In this document: positions 25,112-32,000 of the stretch, piece by piece
Layout: each line of letters starts with the position of its first letter
Numbering within the stretch: position 1 is the first letter of the stretch
Source of the DNA: Candidatus Nanosynbacter lyticus
GTDB taxonomy: Bacteria > Patescibacteriota > Saccharimonadia > Saccharimonadales > Saccharimonadaceae
Assembly (NCBI RefSeq): GCF_030253515.1
Contig: NZ_CP124549.1
Coordinates: forward strand, 600,001-632,000
DNA: 32,000 bases
Reading direction: 5' to 3'
Translations under genes and position numbers: made by a program
Notes under the pieces: model-generated
Told to the model about the DNA's origin: nothing
What the model saw: only the letters and a program-made list of their open reading frames with translations
Database searches by the model: none

Positions 25112-26359
25112 ATGCGAAATTTGTCATCACTATTCCGCTCATTGTCACTGCGCCACTATGCAGTTCTAGCGATGGTTGCGGTAGCGACAGTAGTGCCAAC
25201 CACATTATGGGCACTAGATTCCAATCATTCGACTAATACCAATACGCAAACACCGACGAATACGAAACCTACGCCAGTTTATCGTTGTAATGCGCTCAGT
25301 ATTGATCAGTTTTCAGCTACTAATTTCAAGTTTTCAGTCAAGTACGCTGCCCGTGATGGTGCGACATATAAAACGACGATCTACAAGGTCTACGATGCTA
25401 AGGGTAAAGAGGTGTATCAAACTGGTAACGAATTCAAGGGCTTCACACCGGGCACATACACGGTCAAAGCCTTTATTGTCGTTGATGTGAATGGTAAAGA
25501 AGAAATGGTGACCAGCGATGCCTGCGCTAAGCAGGCCACAGTCCCTGGCGAAACACCGGATCCAAAACCAAAGCCAACGCCAATTCCGAAACCAGTTGAT
25601 CCGAAACCTGAACCAATCCCAGATAAACCACCAAAAATTACACTGGGGTTTGCCGTCAGAACTACTGTTGATGGCGCGCAGCACAAAAAAGTCACCGTCA
25701 ACAAGACCTTTACCTACCGAGTAACCGTTACCAACACAGGGACCGCCACTATACATGACACGTATGTTACCAATACCGCACCACAAGGGGTAGCCTACCT
25801 AAAGGCATCCGCTGGTACAATTCAAAATAATACCTGGCAGACACTGATTAGTGAACTCAAGCCAAATGAATCGAAAACATTTACTGTCGACGCTATTGTC
25901 AAGCAATATGTCGCGGGCACACTGACTAGTACAACCTGCATCAAGAGTGATCAAATTTCGCTCGAGGGCCATAACAACTGTAGTGGTGCTACTATAGAGG
26001 TGGCCAAGCCGCAGACCCCAGCTCCACAGCCAAAACCACAGCCAACGCCACAACCAAGACCAGCACCGACCGATCCGAAACAGCCGACACCGACCCAACC
26101 GGCAACTCCGACTCGGCCAACTACACCGGTGCCTGAACCAAAAACGCCAGACCAATCGAAGCAGCCATCAGCCAACAACAATCAGCAGTCACCTTCAGCC
26201 TCGGGCGGCACACAAACCACTAACCCACCTGCCGCACCGACGACCGTTGGCGAACTACCGCGGACCGGTAACGCCACTGACACGCTCGTTGGTGGACTGG
26301 GTCTTGGCGCCCTGCTCACTGCTGGAGTCGCCTACCTCATCAGTCGACGTCATGTGTAA
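25112..26359 (+). CDS. sortase-anchored (LPRTG) cell-surface protein with a DUF11-like repeat domain and Pro-rich stalks
   Basis: 415 aa from MRNLSSLF, the start next to the strong SD. Signal-peptide-like N-terminus. The segment TVTNTGTATIHDTYVTNTAPQGVAYL is DUF11-like. C-terminal LPRTG (26255-26269) is followed by a hydrophobic helix and an RRHV tail. Confidence 0.85.
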   Translation: MRNLSSLFRSLSLRHYAVLAMVAVATVVPTTLWALDSNHSTNTNTQTPTNTKPTPVYRCNALSIDQFSATNFKFSVKYAARDGATYKTTIYKVYDAKGKEVYQTGNEFKGFTPGTYTVKAFIVVDVNGKEEMVTSDACAKQATVPGETPDPKPKPTPIPKPVDPKPEPIPDKPPKITLGFAVRTTVDGAQHKKVTVNKTFTYRVTVTNTGTATIHDTYVTNTAPQGVAYLKASAGTIQNNTWQTLISELKPNESKTFTVDAIVKQYVAGTLTSTTCIKSDQISLEGHNNCSGATIEVAKPQTPAPQPKPQPTPQPRPAPTDPKQPTPTQPATPTRPTTPVPEPKTPDQSKQPSANNNQQSPSASGGTQTTNPPAAPTTVGELPRTGNATDTLVGGLGLGALLTAGVAYLISRRHV

Positions 26360-26381
26360 ATCATAAATCTGGTTGACTTGG

Positions 26382-26409
26382 ATACCCCTCGCACCCCGAG
26401 GGGTATTTC
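26382..26409 (+). terminator. probable intrinsic terminator of the LPXTG protein gene
   Basis: 10-bp stem ATACCCCTCG/CGAGGGGTAT with a 5-nt loop, followed by a short T-tract (TTTCA). Confidence 0.5.
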
Positions 26410-26410
26410 A

Positions 26411-26419
26411 TGGTACAAT
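26411..26419 (+). promoter_or_regulatory. extended -10 promoter (TGGTACAAT), leaderless geometry
   Basis: TGGTACAAT-AGTATT-ATG26426. Confidence 0.5.
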
Positions 26420-26425
26420 AGTATT

Positions 26426-26641
26426 ATGGCAAAACAGAAGAAAAAGCGCTCTAAGAAATACTCTGGCGTTGACGCCGCAACAACTCGACCCAGTGTCACG
26501 CGCATCCAGGCGGTCAGCCGCTCGTCGGCCGGTCAGTGGCTATATGAACGCAAAAAATTACTGCGTGGTGTCGGCATCGGCGTAGTAATAGTCATCATCG
26601 TTATCGTGATTATCACGGGTATTATTAGTCTGTTCCGATAA
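26426..26641 (+). CDS. hypothetical Lys-rich, C-terminally membrane-anchored mini-protein
   Basis: 71 aa: MAKQKKKRSKKY... followed by one Ile/Val-rich TM helix at the extreme C-terminus. Start set at ATG26426 from the promoter position. Confidence 0.45.
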   Translation: MAKQKKKRSKKYSGVDAATTRPSVTRIQAVSRSSAGQWLYERKKLLRGVGIGVVIVIIVIVIITGIISLFR

Positions 26642-26651
26642 TCAATATTTC

Positions 26652-28823
26652 TCAGCGACTTGTCACCTTTTTCTTGTTCGCGGCCGTCCTATCAAGTGGC
26701 AGACGAAAACCAAACGTGCTGCCCTTGTTTTCTTTTGAGGCAAAAATCATCGCCCCGCCGTGCTCCAGCACGACTTTACGCGCCAAAAACAAGCCAACGC
26801 CCGTGCCGTCAGGACGACGCTTGCGAGCATTTGAGGCGCGAAAGAATTTACCAAACACGCCAGACTGCTCAGCTTTTGGCACGCCGATGCCTTGGTCTTC
26901 GACCGTAAACACCACTTCCCGCGTATCGCAACAGAGCGACACCTTGACCGTCGTTCGTTCTTTAGAATAAAAGATCGCGTTATCAATCATGTTCATGATG
27001 ACTTGGCGGAGTTTTTCGGCATCAATCGGCAACGTCGGAACATCATCGTCAATATGCACCGAAAGAGTGATGTTATGCTGCTTGGCCACGATCTTCAGCA
27101 GAGCCATTTCACTTTGTACAATATCACCGAGGTTAGCCAGCTGACGATTCATAGTGAATGTCCCGGTCTGTAAGCGAGAGATACTGAGAAAGTCATTGAT
27201 CAGTTGTACCATGCGCTCACTCGAGGAAAAAGCCTCGCGTAGAACAGCCTTCTGGGTCGGACGAACTGGGCCGAGATCACCCTGGAGCAGCATGTCGAGA
27301 TAGCCCTTGATACTGGTTAGTGGCGTCCGCAGCTGATGCGACGCCATAGAAATAAATTCATTCTTCGCCTCGTCTAGTCGCTGTAGCTGCTGGTTACTCA
27401 TCCGCAGTTCCTGCGTCGCCGCCTCGACACGCTGCTGCAGCTCGGCATTCAGCTCATTCACCTCCTCCATCGACTGAGCATTTTTAATGGCAATCGCCAG
27501 CTCACCGCGCACCGCCCGAAGCATCGAGAGATCGCGCTCGACATAGTTATTTTTCTGACTTTCGCCGATCAGCACAAAACCAACGATATCCTCCTGTAGC
27601 GACAATGTCATGACGATAGCCAGCTTTTGTAGTTTCATCGTCCGCCGTAACTGCTCTGGCAGCGATTCGACAACCGCCACGTCATCGAGCTGCTCAAGCT
27701 GGTCTTGCATTACCAGCTCCGCTAGATCCACCTGCGGCGGACGAGTGTGTCCACGTGAGCCAAATATCCGAAAGCGACCATTATCATACACGGCAAAAAT
27801 AACCTGACGCGCCTTGATAAGCCGTGTTAGGCACACCGCTAACCGAGTCGTCAGTAGTCGCAGCCCCATCGTATGTAGCAAAATTTGCCCAATCTCGTTG
27901 ATAAAGCTTTCAATGGTATAGCCCTGTCGATAAAATAGCTTGTCAGTCAGGCGATCAAAAAACTGCTTGGTCGGTTGAAACAAAAACCCTAACAATAATG
28001 CCGCTAGCACACCCCAGAATCCTGGCATCCCGCCGATATCATGACCGCTGAACGCACTGACAATCGCCGAGATACTATAGGTCGCTGTGTAGTATACGAT
28101 TGTTAATAAGCTTAGCAGCATGGCGTACGCAATTGTTCGCACCGCCGCATCTTTCAAACCAAAGAGACGGTGCTTGACAATTGTCAGATACGCCAGCGGT
28201 ATAAAAATAAAGGTGCTCAGCGGCCCAATCCAGATGAGGTCATAGCGACCAACAGCCGGCAGCAGTAAATTAAATATCATACCTACGCTGCCAGCAATGC
28301 CATAGGCATAGGAAATGAGTCGTAGCTGAGAGCGCACCAAGAGCGCACTGCGGCGACGAGCCTGATGCGCGAGGATGATAAGTGCCGCCAAAAACAGCAG
28401 TATGAAATACACCATATAGACGAAATAGCCGATCGGATGAATCACGACCGTATGATCATTCAAGACCACCTGCGCTATCAGCCAATCAACTCGCACGATA
28501 ATCATCAAAGCGACGATGCTAAATAGTACCCAAGCAGTAACTGGCACGTATTTCGCTGATCGTCGTGCACCAATGTGAGTTGCCACTGAGATCATGGCTG
28601 CCGCGATCAGTGCTGCTCCGATGTAATATATCCTCAGGTATATCAGTGCCGCCGCCAGCACATTAGTCGCTAAAAACGCCGCGATACCCAATGCCCACAG
28701 CGCAATGCCAACCGTCAGCACAAAAAAGAACCGGGTTGCCAGCTGGCGTGGTTGATGAGCCACGACCATGAGGCCAAACACCAGCGACATTACCCCGGCA
28801 ATGATCAGCCCCGCTATCTCCAT
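26652..28823 (-). CDS. sensor histidine kinase with a large polytopic N-terminal membrane domain
   Basis: About 8-10 TM helices in the first 330 aa, a cytoplasmic sensor-like (GAF-like, unverified) region, a coiled coil, H-box SHQLRTPLTSIKGY, and HATPase boxes DNAIFYS, DQGIGV and GTGVGL. ATG28823 has GAGGG 7 nt upstream. Confidence 0.9.
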   Translation of the reverse strand: MEIAGLIIAGVMSLVFGLMVVAHQPRQLATRFFFVLTVGIALWALGIAAFLATNVLAAALIYLRIYYIGAALIAAAMISVATHIGARRSAKYVPVTAWVLFSIVALMIIVRVDWLIAQVVLNDHTVVIHPIGYFVYMVYFILLFLAALIILAHQARRRSALLVRSQLRLISYAYGIAGSVGMIFNLLLPAVGRYDLIWIGPLSTFIFIPLAYLTIVKHRLFGLKDAAVRTIAYAMLLSLLTIVYYTATYSISAIVSAFSGHDIGGMPGFWGVLAALLLGFLFQPTKQFFDRLTDKLFYRQGYTIESFINEIGQILLHTMGLRLLTTRLAVCLTRLIKARQVIFAVYDNGRFRIFGSRGHTRPPQVDLAELVMQDQLEQLDDVAVVESLPEQLRRTMKLQKLAIVMTLSLQEDIVGFVLIGESQKNNYVERDLSMLRAVRGELAIAIKNAQSMEEVNELNAELQQRVEAATQELRMSNQQLQRLDEAKNEFISMASHQLRTPLTSIKGYLDMLLQGDLGPVRPTQKAVLREAFSSSERMVQLINDFLSISRLQTGTFTMNRQLANLGDIVQSEMALLKIVAKQHNITLSVHIDDDVPTLPIDAEKLRQVIMNMIDNAIFYSKERTTVKVSLCCDTREVVFTVEDQGIGVPKAEQSGVFGKFFRASNARKRRPDGTGVGLFLARKVVLEHGGAMIFASKENKGSTFGFRLPLDRTAANKKKVTSR

Positions 28824-28836
28824 GCCCACTCCCTCG

Positions 28837-29991
28837 TCATATTTCTAGTGTACCACCAACCTTTGGTCTACGCATAGCATACAGTGCATAGACACCATCA
28901 TCAGGACAATATACATCGACCCGCCAATCACCCAGACCCGCTGCCCCCGCGATCCGCTGCATTGTTTCGATTGACCGAGGCTGGATATGCGGCCACTGCA
29001 CGACATTGAGCGTAAAGCCCAGCTGCGGATGCGTATCACGCATATTGCCGACTAGCAGCAGCCCGCCAGGTTTCACCAGTTGAGCAGCATGAGCTAGAAA
29101 AGTTGCGGCATTAACCTGCAGCGCCGTCGGACTTTCATCTGAAATCACCTCGGGCACATATTCCAAAATTCCAACGGCATCGACTGCATCATATGCGGCA
29201 CTCTCAAGGCCAACCCGTCGCCGCAGTGCTCGAGCTGCCACGTTGGTTTGTGCATCTACCGCAGGCGAGACTACACCCTGAGGGCGCAGAATATTCATAC
29301 AGCGAACGTTGGTAAACTGCCTGACTTCCATTGTCTGGGCATACGTTTGCGCGGCCTTGAGCGCCGACCGGTCAAGATCAACCAGTGTGACGCGCGGCGT
29401 AGGGTTGCCGCTCTCTTTGATGTGCCGGAGCGCATGACAAACTGGCTGAGCAGCGCCGCAAGCTAAGCTAACCCATTGCTGCTCTGCGGCGCCCAGAGAC
29501 ACTTGATCAATAACGTGCCTGGCAAGAATATCCTGAACAATTTCACCGCGACTGCGAATACCGTGCGCATCCAAAATATTACAGGCCCAGTCGCGCACCA
29601 CTGGCGAGACCGGCTTGCCATTCGCTAATTGCTTGGTGTTCGGATCATACAACAAGGCCAGTGCTGACGCCGTCGGTATCAGTTCCAGCCAATTCTCAAC
29701 GCCAGGAACCCGAGCGATCAATTCACATGTCGCTAAATTTGTATAATCAATCGCTATTCGCTGGCGTTTAATTGCCGCCGTTAAATCAGTCTCACCATTA
29801 AAGCCCATATCAGCCAATGCTTCCAGCTCCGCTGTTATCCTCTCGTGTGATGACGTCTGGTATCGGTCACACGTTGGCACTGGATGAATCCGCCACTGAT
29901 CCATCTTAAGTTCCGCCCCGCGTTCTGACACCTCGACCCAGCCATAACGATCTGGCTGAATAGTTATGCTTTCACGCTGCTTTATTGTCAC
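28837..29991 (-). CDS. class I SAM-dependent methyltransferase with an N-terminal extension of about 180 aa
   Basis: Motif I-like VSLACGAAQP, post-I VTLVDLD, motif II-like DAVDAVGILEY, LVKPGGLLLVGN. The start is uncertain: GTG29991 (AAGGTGG 5 nt upstream) is preferred, GTG30030 or ATG29907 are possible. The stop lies 13 nt before the kinase ATG. Confidence 0.7.
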   Translation of the reverse strand: MTIKQRESITIQPDRYGWVEVSERGAELKMDQWRIHPVPTCDRYQTSSHERITAELEALADMGFNGETDLTAAIKRQRIAIDYTNLATCELIARVPGVENWLELIPTASALALLYDPNTKQLANGKPVSPVVRDWACNILDAHGIRSRGEIVQDILARHVIDQVSLGAAEQQWVSLACGAAQPVCHALRHIKESGNPTPRVTLVDLDRSALKAAQTYAQTMEVRQFTNVRCMNILRPQGVVSPAVDAQTNVAARALRRRVGLESAAYDAVDAVGILEYVPEVISDESPTALQVNAATFLAHAAQLVKPGGLLLVGNMRDTHPQLGFTLNVVQWPHIQPRSIETMQRIAGAAGLGDWRVDVYCPDDGVYALYAMRRPKVGGTLEI

Positions 29992-30034
29992 TTTGCCCAC
30001 CTTTGTAATGCTAGTTTTACAATACACCACTGCC

Positions 30035-30043
30035 TGCTATAAT
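30035..30043 (+). promoter_or_regulatory. extended -10 promoter (TGCTATAAT) of the receiver gene, leaderless geometry
   Basis: TGCTATAAT-ACAATT-ATG30050. Confidence 0.6.
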
Positions 30044-30049
30044 ACAATT

Positions 30050-30421
30050 ATGGTTAAAATTGCTATCATCGAAGATGACGCGACAATCAGTCAGATGTAC
30101 CGAATGAAGTTCGAGGCGGACGGGTTTGACGTGCGGCTAGCGAGTAATGGTACGATTGGCGTGGCGCTTGTCGAATCGTTTCGTCCAGATGTCATTTTGC
30201 TTGATATCCAGATGCCAGAGATGGATGGGGCCGAAGCCTTGCGGCGTATTCGCTCACACGCGTGGGGCAAGACCATACCGGTTATCGTGCTGACCAACCT
30301 CGGCGAAGAAGAAGCTCCGCGCGAGATGCGTTCACTCGGTATCCAAGGCTACATCGTCAAGGCCAATCTCACCCCGCGCCAAGTTGTCGCCCAGGTCAAA
30401 TCAGTCATTACAAAGCCGTGA
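30050..30421 (+). CDS. stand-alone response-regulator receiver (CheY-like) protein
   Basis: 123 aa from MVKIAIIEDD. Phospho-acceptor context ILLDIQMPEMDG, VLTN and YIVKA. No output domain. The ORF-track start at 29966 is upstream of the promoter. Confidence 0.9.
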   Translation: MVKIAIIEDDATISQMYRMKFEADGFDVRLASNGTIGVALVESFRPDVILLDIQMPEMDGAEALRRIRSHAWGKTIPVIVLTNLGEEEAPREMRSLGIQGYIVKANLTPRQVVAQVKSVITKP

Positions 30422-30425
30422 GTTT

Positions 30426-31235
30426 CTACCGGATATTGACCCGGCGCAGACACGCCGTAATTACATTATCAAACAACGCGCTCACCGTCAGCGGGCCGAC
30501 GCCGCCTTTTTCTGGCGTCAAGTGAATGTCGGTGCGCGTCCGATTCGCCGGTGCCACGTCACCAACAATCTTGCCATCCTCCGAGGCGGTTCCTGCGTCA
30601 ACCACCACCGCACCAGGCCGGATCATATTTGGCTGAATCAGCCCTGCCACGCCGGTTGCCGTGACGATGACGTCATATTCGTGTAGTCGCGATAAATCAT
30701 CACCCCGACTAAATACCGTTACGTCCAGTCCCGATGCTCGCCACATCCGCTCCAGCGGCGCGCCAACTAGCCGCCCACGCCCGACAATAGCCAACCTTTT
30801 ACCAGCCAGCTCCACACTATAGCCCGCTAACAGCCAATTGATGGCCATCGGTGTCGCCGGGTCAAACAGCGTTCGCTCAGAATTAAGGCCATCGACGTCT
30901 TTTTCCGGTGCCACCAGCCGCACAATTTGATCGGTCTGCTCTGGCTCGGCGAGCGGCAGCTGGACGATAATTCCCTGGACATCATCGCGTTGGTTTAGCG
31001 CCGTGATTGTCTCCGCCAGCTGACGAGTCGCCACCCGACAAATTTCTACCTCAATCAAAATATCCGCACCGTAGCGCTGCTTGAGGCGCATGTAGGTGGC
31101 GATGACTGGATTGTCCGAATCGGTGACGATGGCGAGGCGCGGCTGAATGTGGTGCGCTTGACGGAGCATGCGCACTTGCTTGGCCTGACGTTGCTTAATA
31201 AACGACGCGAGTTCTGCACCATTGAGAGATTTCAT
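30426..31235 (-). CDS. folD: bifunctional methylenetetrahydrofolate dehydrogenase / methenyl-THF cyclohydrolase
   Basis: 269 aa from MKSLNGAELA. Motifs IIVQLPL, PEKDVDG, GRGRLVG and GGVGPLTV are typical of FolD. Confidence 0.93.
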   Translation of the reverse strand: MKSLNGAELASFIKQRQAKQVRMLRQAHHIQPRLAIVTDSDNPVIATYMRLKQRYGADILIEVEICRVATRQLAETITALNQRDDVQGIIVQLPLAEPEQTDQIVRLVAPEKDVDGLNSERTLFDPATPMAINWLLAGYSVELAGKRLAIVGRGRLVGAPLERMWRASGLDVTVFSRGDDLSRLHEYDVIVTATGVAGLIQPNMIRPGAVVVDAGTASEDGKIVGDVAPANRTRTDIHLTPEKGGVGPLTVSALFDNVITACLRRVNIR

Positions 31236-31241
31236 TGTTTG

Positions 31242-31250
31242 ATTGTAGCA
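31242..31250 (-). promoter_or_regulatory. extended -10 promoter (TGCTACAAT) of folD, leaderless geometry
   Basis: Minus strand reads TGCTACAAT-CAAACA-ATG31235. Confidence 0.6.
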
Positions 31251-31295
31251 AATCAGCATGGGCGCGTCGAGCGCCTTGAGGATGGTAGCCGCCTG

Positions 31296-31304
31296 TGGTA
31301 TAAT
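31296..31304 (+). promoter_or_regulatory. extended -10 promoter (TGGTATAAT) of tRNA-His
   Basis: The box ends 10 nt before the tRNA 5' end. TTGAGG lies 17 nt upstream as a -35. Confidence 0.55.
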
Positions 31305-31314
31305 CGGGAAGCTT

Positions 31315-31392
31315 GGCGGATGTAGCTCAGTTGGTTAGAGCGCTGGATTGTGGCTCCGGAGGCCGTGGGTTCGAGCCCCATCATTCGCCCCA
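31315..31392 (+). tRNA. tRNA-His (anticodon GUG) with genomically encoded G-1 and CCA
   Basis: GGCGGATGTAGCTCAGTTGGTTAGAGCGCTGGATTGTGGCTCCGGAGGCCGTGGGTTCGAGCCCCATCATTCGCCCCA. Anticodon loop TTGTGGC, with the extra 5' G opposite discriminator C. Confidence 0.93.
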
Positions 31393-31445
31393 AGCATTGT
31401 CCGTAGCAAAAGGTGCGGCGTTATGTTTACCTTTACCGCTCATTA

Positions 31446-31454
31446 TGCTATAAT
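31446..31454 (+). promoter_or_regulatory. extended -10 promoter (TGCTATAAT) of tRNA-Lys
   Basis: The box ends 11 nt before the tRNA 5' end. Confidence 0.55.
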
Positions 31455-31465
31455 CCGGACTGATT

Positions 31466-31542
31466 GGGCCAGTAGCTCAGCTGGTTAGAGCACCTGCCTC
31501 TTAAGCAGGGTGTCGAGGGTTCGAGCCCCTCCTGGCCCTCCA
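31466..31542 (+). tRNA. tRNA-Lys (anticodon CUU), CCA encoded
   Basis: GGGCCAGTAGCTCAGCTGGTTAGAGCACCTGCCTCTTAAGCAGGGTGTCGAGGGTTCGAGCCCCTCCTGGCCCTCCA. Acceptor stem GGGCCAG/CTGGCCC, anticodon loop CTCTTAA. Confidence 0.93.
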
Positions 31543-31553
31543 AGGAATGATTA

Positions 31554-31576
31554 AACCCCAGTTTGCCTGGGGTTTT
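31554..31576. terminator. intrinsic terminator after tRNA-Lys, possibly bidirectional
   Basis: 8-bp stem AACCCCAG/CTGGGGTT with a 5-nt loop, then TTTTAG on the plus strand. On the minus strand it follows the stop of the 31601-32000 ORF. Confidence 0.7.
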
Positions 31577-31600
31577 AGTATGCCTGGTAAATCATACTGT

Positions 31601-32000
31601 TTATAAAAATGGATCATGGCCACGCGAAGGCGGCTCTTGAAATCGAGGTGATGGTTGTGAGCGAGTGGTATTATTACCACCGGTTGGACCGCCCAGCGGT
31701 GCGCCGCCTGGGACATTTTGTGATGGCGACGACGGCTCTGCTTGGCGCAGCGGATTGCCCACAAAGGTGCGATTAGAGAGCGGAACGTCGCTAGTCGTAT
31801 CATAGTCTTCCGCCGTCTCGTCGGTGCTTGCTGATGGTACATAGCCGCGCGCACCCAGCGCTGATGACTGATAATTCCCGATCCGCTGACGATCACAGTT
31901 ACGGTCGCTCACTCGACGACTTCGACCGGTATTACCAAACGCTGGCTGCGTCCGTGGCCGATGCGCCATTAACCGCTGAACCAACCGACGCGACATTCGC
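31601..32000 (-). CDS. hypothetical low-complexity (R/P/S/G-rich) protein, probably 5'-partial at the window edge
   Basis: It does not collide with the tRNA, unlike the competing long minus-strand ORF (31501-31896), and the frame stays open past ATG31996. The composition looks disordered, so coding status is uncertain. Confidence 0.3.
   Translation of the reverse strand, partial: RMSRRLVQRLMAHRPRTQPAFGNTGRSRRVSDRNCDRQRIGNYQSSALGARGYVPSASTDETAEDYDTTSDVPLSNRTFVGNPLRQAEPSSPSQNVPGGAPLGGPTGGNNTTRSQPSPRFQEPPSRGHDPFL

Noticed and set aside
25334-26181. Minus-strand ORFs (150, 95, 118 and 76 aa) opposite the LPXTG protein gene
   Set aside because: They are Gly/Trp/Cys-rich mirror frames of the Pro-rich linkers, with no promoter or RBS and no family resemblance.
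25544-26254. Pro-codon-rich repetitive DNA as a tandem-repeat, VNTR or CRISPR-like element
   Set aside because: There is no fixed repeat unit or spacer periodicity. It is low-complexity coding sequence for Pro/Thr/Lys linkers, and only one 21-mer is shared between the two linkers.
29966-30049. N-terminal 28-codon extension of the receiver ORF, and likewise 25025-25111 for the LPXTG protein and 14831-14920 for uvrA
   Set aside because: The extensions lie upstream of or across the mapped -10 boxes or strong SD sites and are not part of the conserved protein families.
24914-31542. The tRNA-Glu to tRNA-His/Lys interval as a tRNA-flanked genomic island
   Set aside because: There is no integrase, no duplicated tRNA 3' fragment or direct repeat, and no obvious compositional shift. 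The content (surface protein, two-component module, folD) is compatible with the core chromosome.
31501-31896. 131-aa minus-strand ORF near the window end
   Set aside because: It runs through the tRNA-Lys gene and the terminator hairpin, and its composition looks non-coding.
1-32000. UGA-recoding genetic code (as in some candidate-phyla bacteria)
   Set aside because: Long conserved genes (uvrA, glmS, obg, the kinase) are intact under the standard code. TGA ends several genes (methyltransferase, receiver, the 23970-24767 gene) at sensible positions.
1-32000. CRISPR arrays, insertion sequences, integrases, prophage or toxin-antitoxin modules
   Set aside because: Reading both strands turned up no regularly spaced direct repeats, no transposase-, integrase- or recombinase-like ORFs, and no paired small ORFs with TA-like features.

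Overview
Gene-dense bacterial chromosome segment of roughly 50% GC (by eye) that reads cleanly in the standard genetic code. It holds about 30 protein genes, 3 tRNAs (Glu-UUC, His-GUG, Lys-CUU) and several intrinsic terminators. I saw no rRNA, CRISPR array, transposase, integrase or phage genes. Content is mostly housekeeping: glmS, tgt, a eukaryote-like GH13_8 branching enzyme, a UDG-superfamily glycosylase, def, an MsbA-like ABC exporter, DedA, uvrA, sbcB, obg and folD. There are also envelope genes (a LysM-CHAP hydrolase and an LPRTG sortase-substrate surface protein) and one two-component module. The Gram-positive-type envelope genes, the compactness and the gene decay would fit a small-genome lineage such as Saccharibacteria/CPR, but that is inference only. 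I found no convincing new defence or mobile system. Points worth follow-up: (1) a very regular leaderless architecture, with a TGnTAnAAT extended -10 box 6-7 nt before the ATG at about half of the transcription units, alongside a second class of genes with classic AAGGAG sites. (2) A PadR / ABC ATPase / FtsX-permease operon with at least 5 independent lesions while its promoter and coupling signals survive. (3) A LysM-CHAP hydrolase gene whose N-terminal exon-like ORF joins the body only through a -1 shift on an A_AAA_AAC heptamer, and which sits behind a consensus promoter plus a GC-rich leader of about 110 nt (riboswitch-like candidate). (4) An HD / DNPH1-like / wHTH-Nudix nucleotide-processing trio in which the HD gene is frame-disrupted at its 5' end. 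(5) A methyltransferase-histidine kinase operon with a divergent stand-alone receiver. (6) An Obg with a non-canonical G4 box (TKCE). Family names come from motifs recognised by eye, not from database searches.
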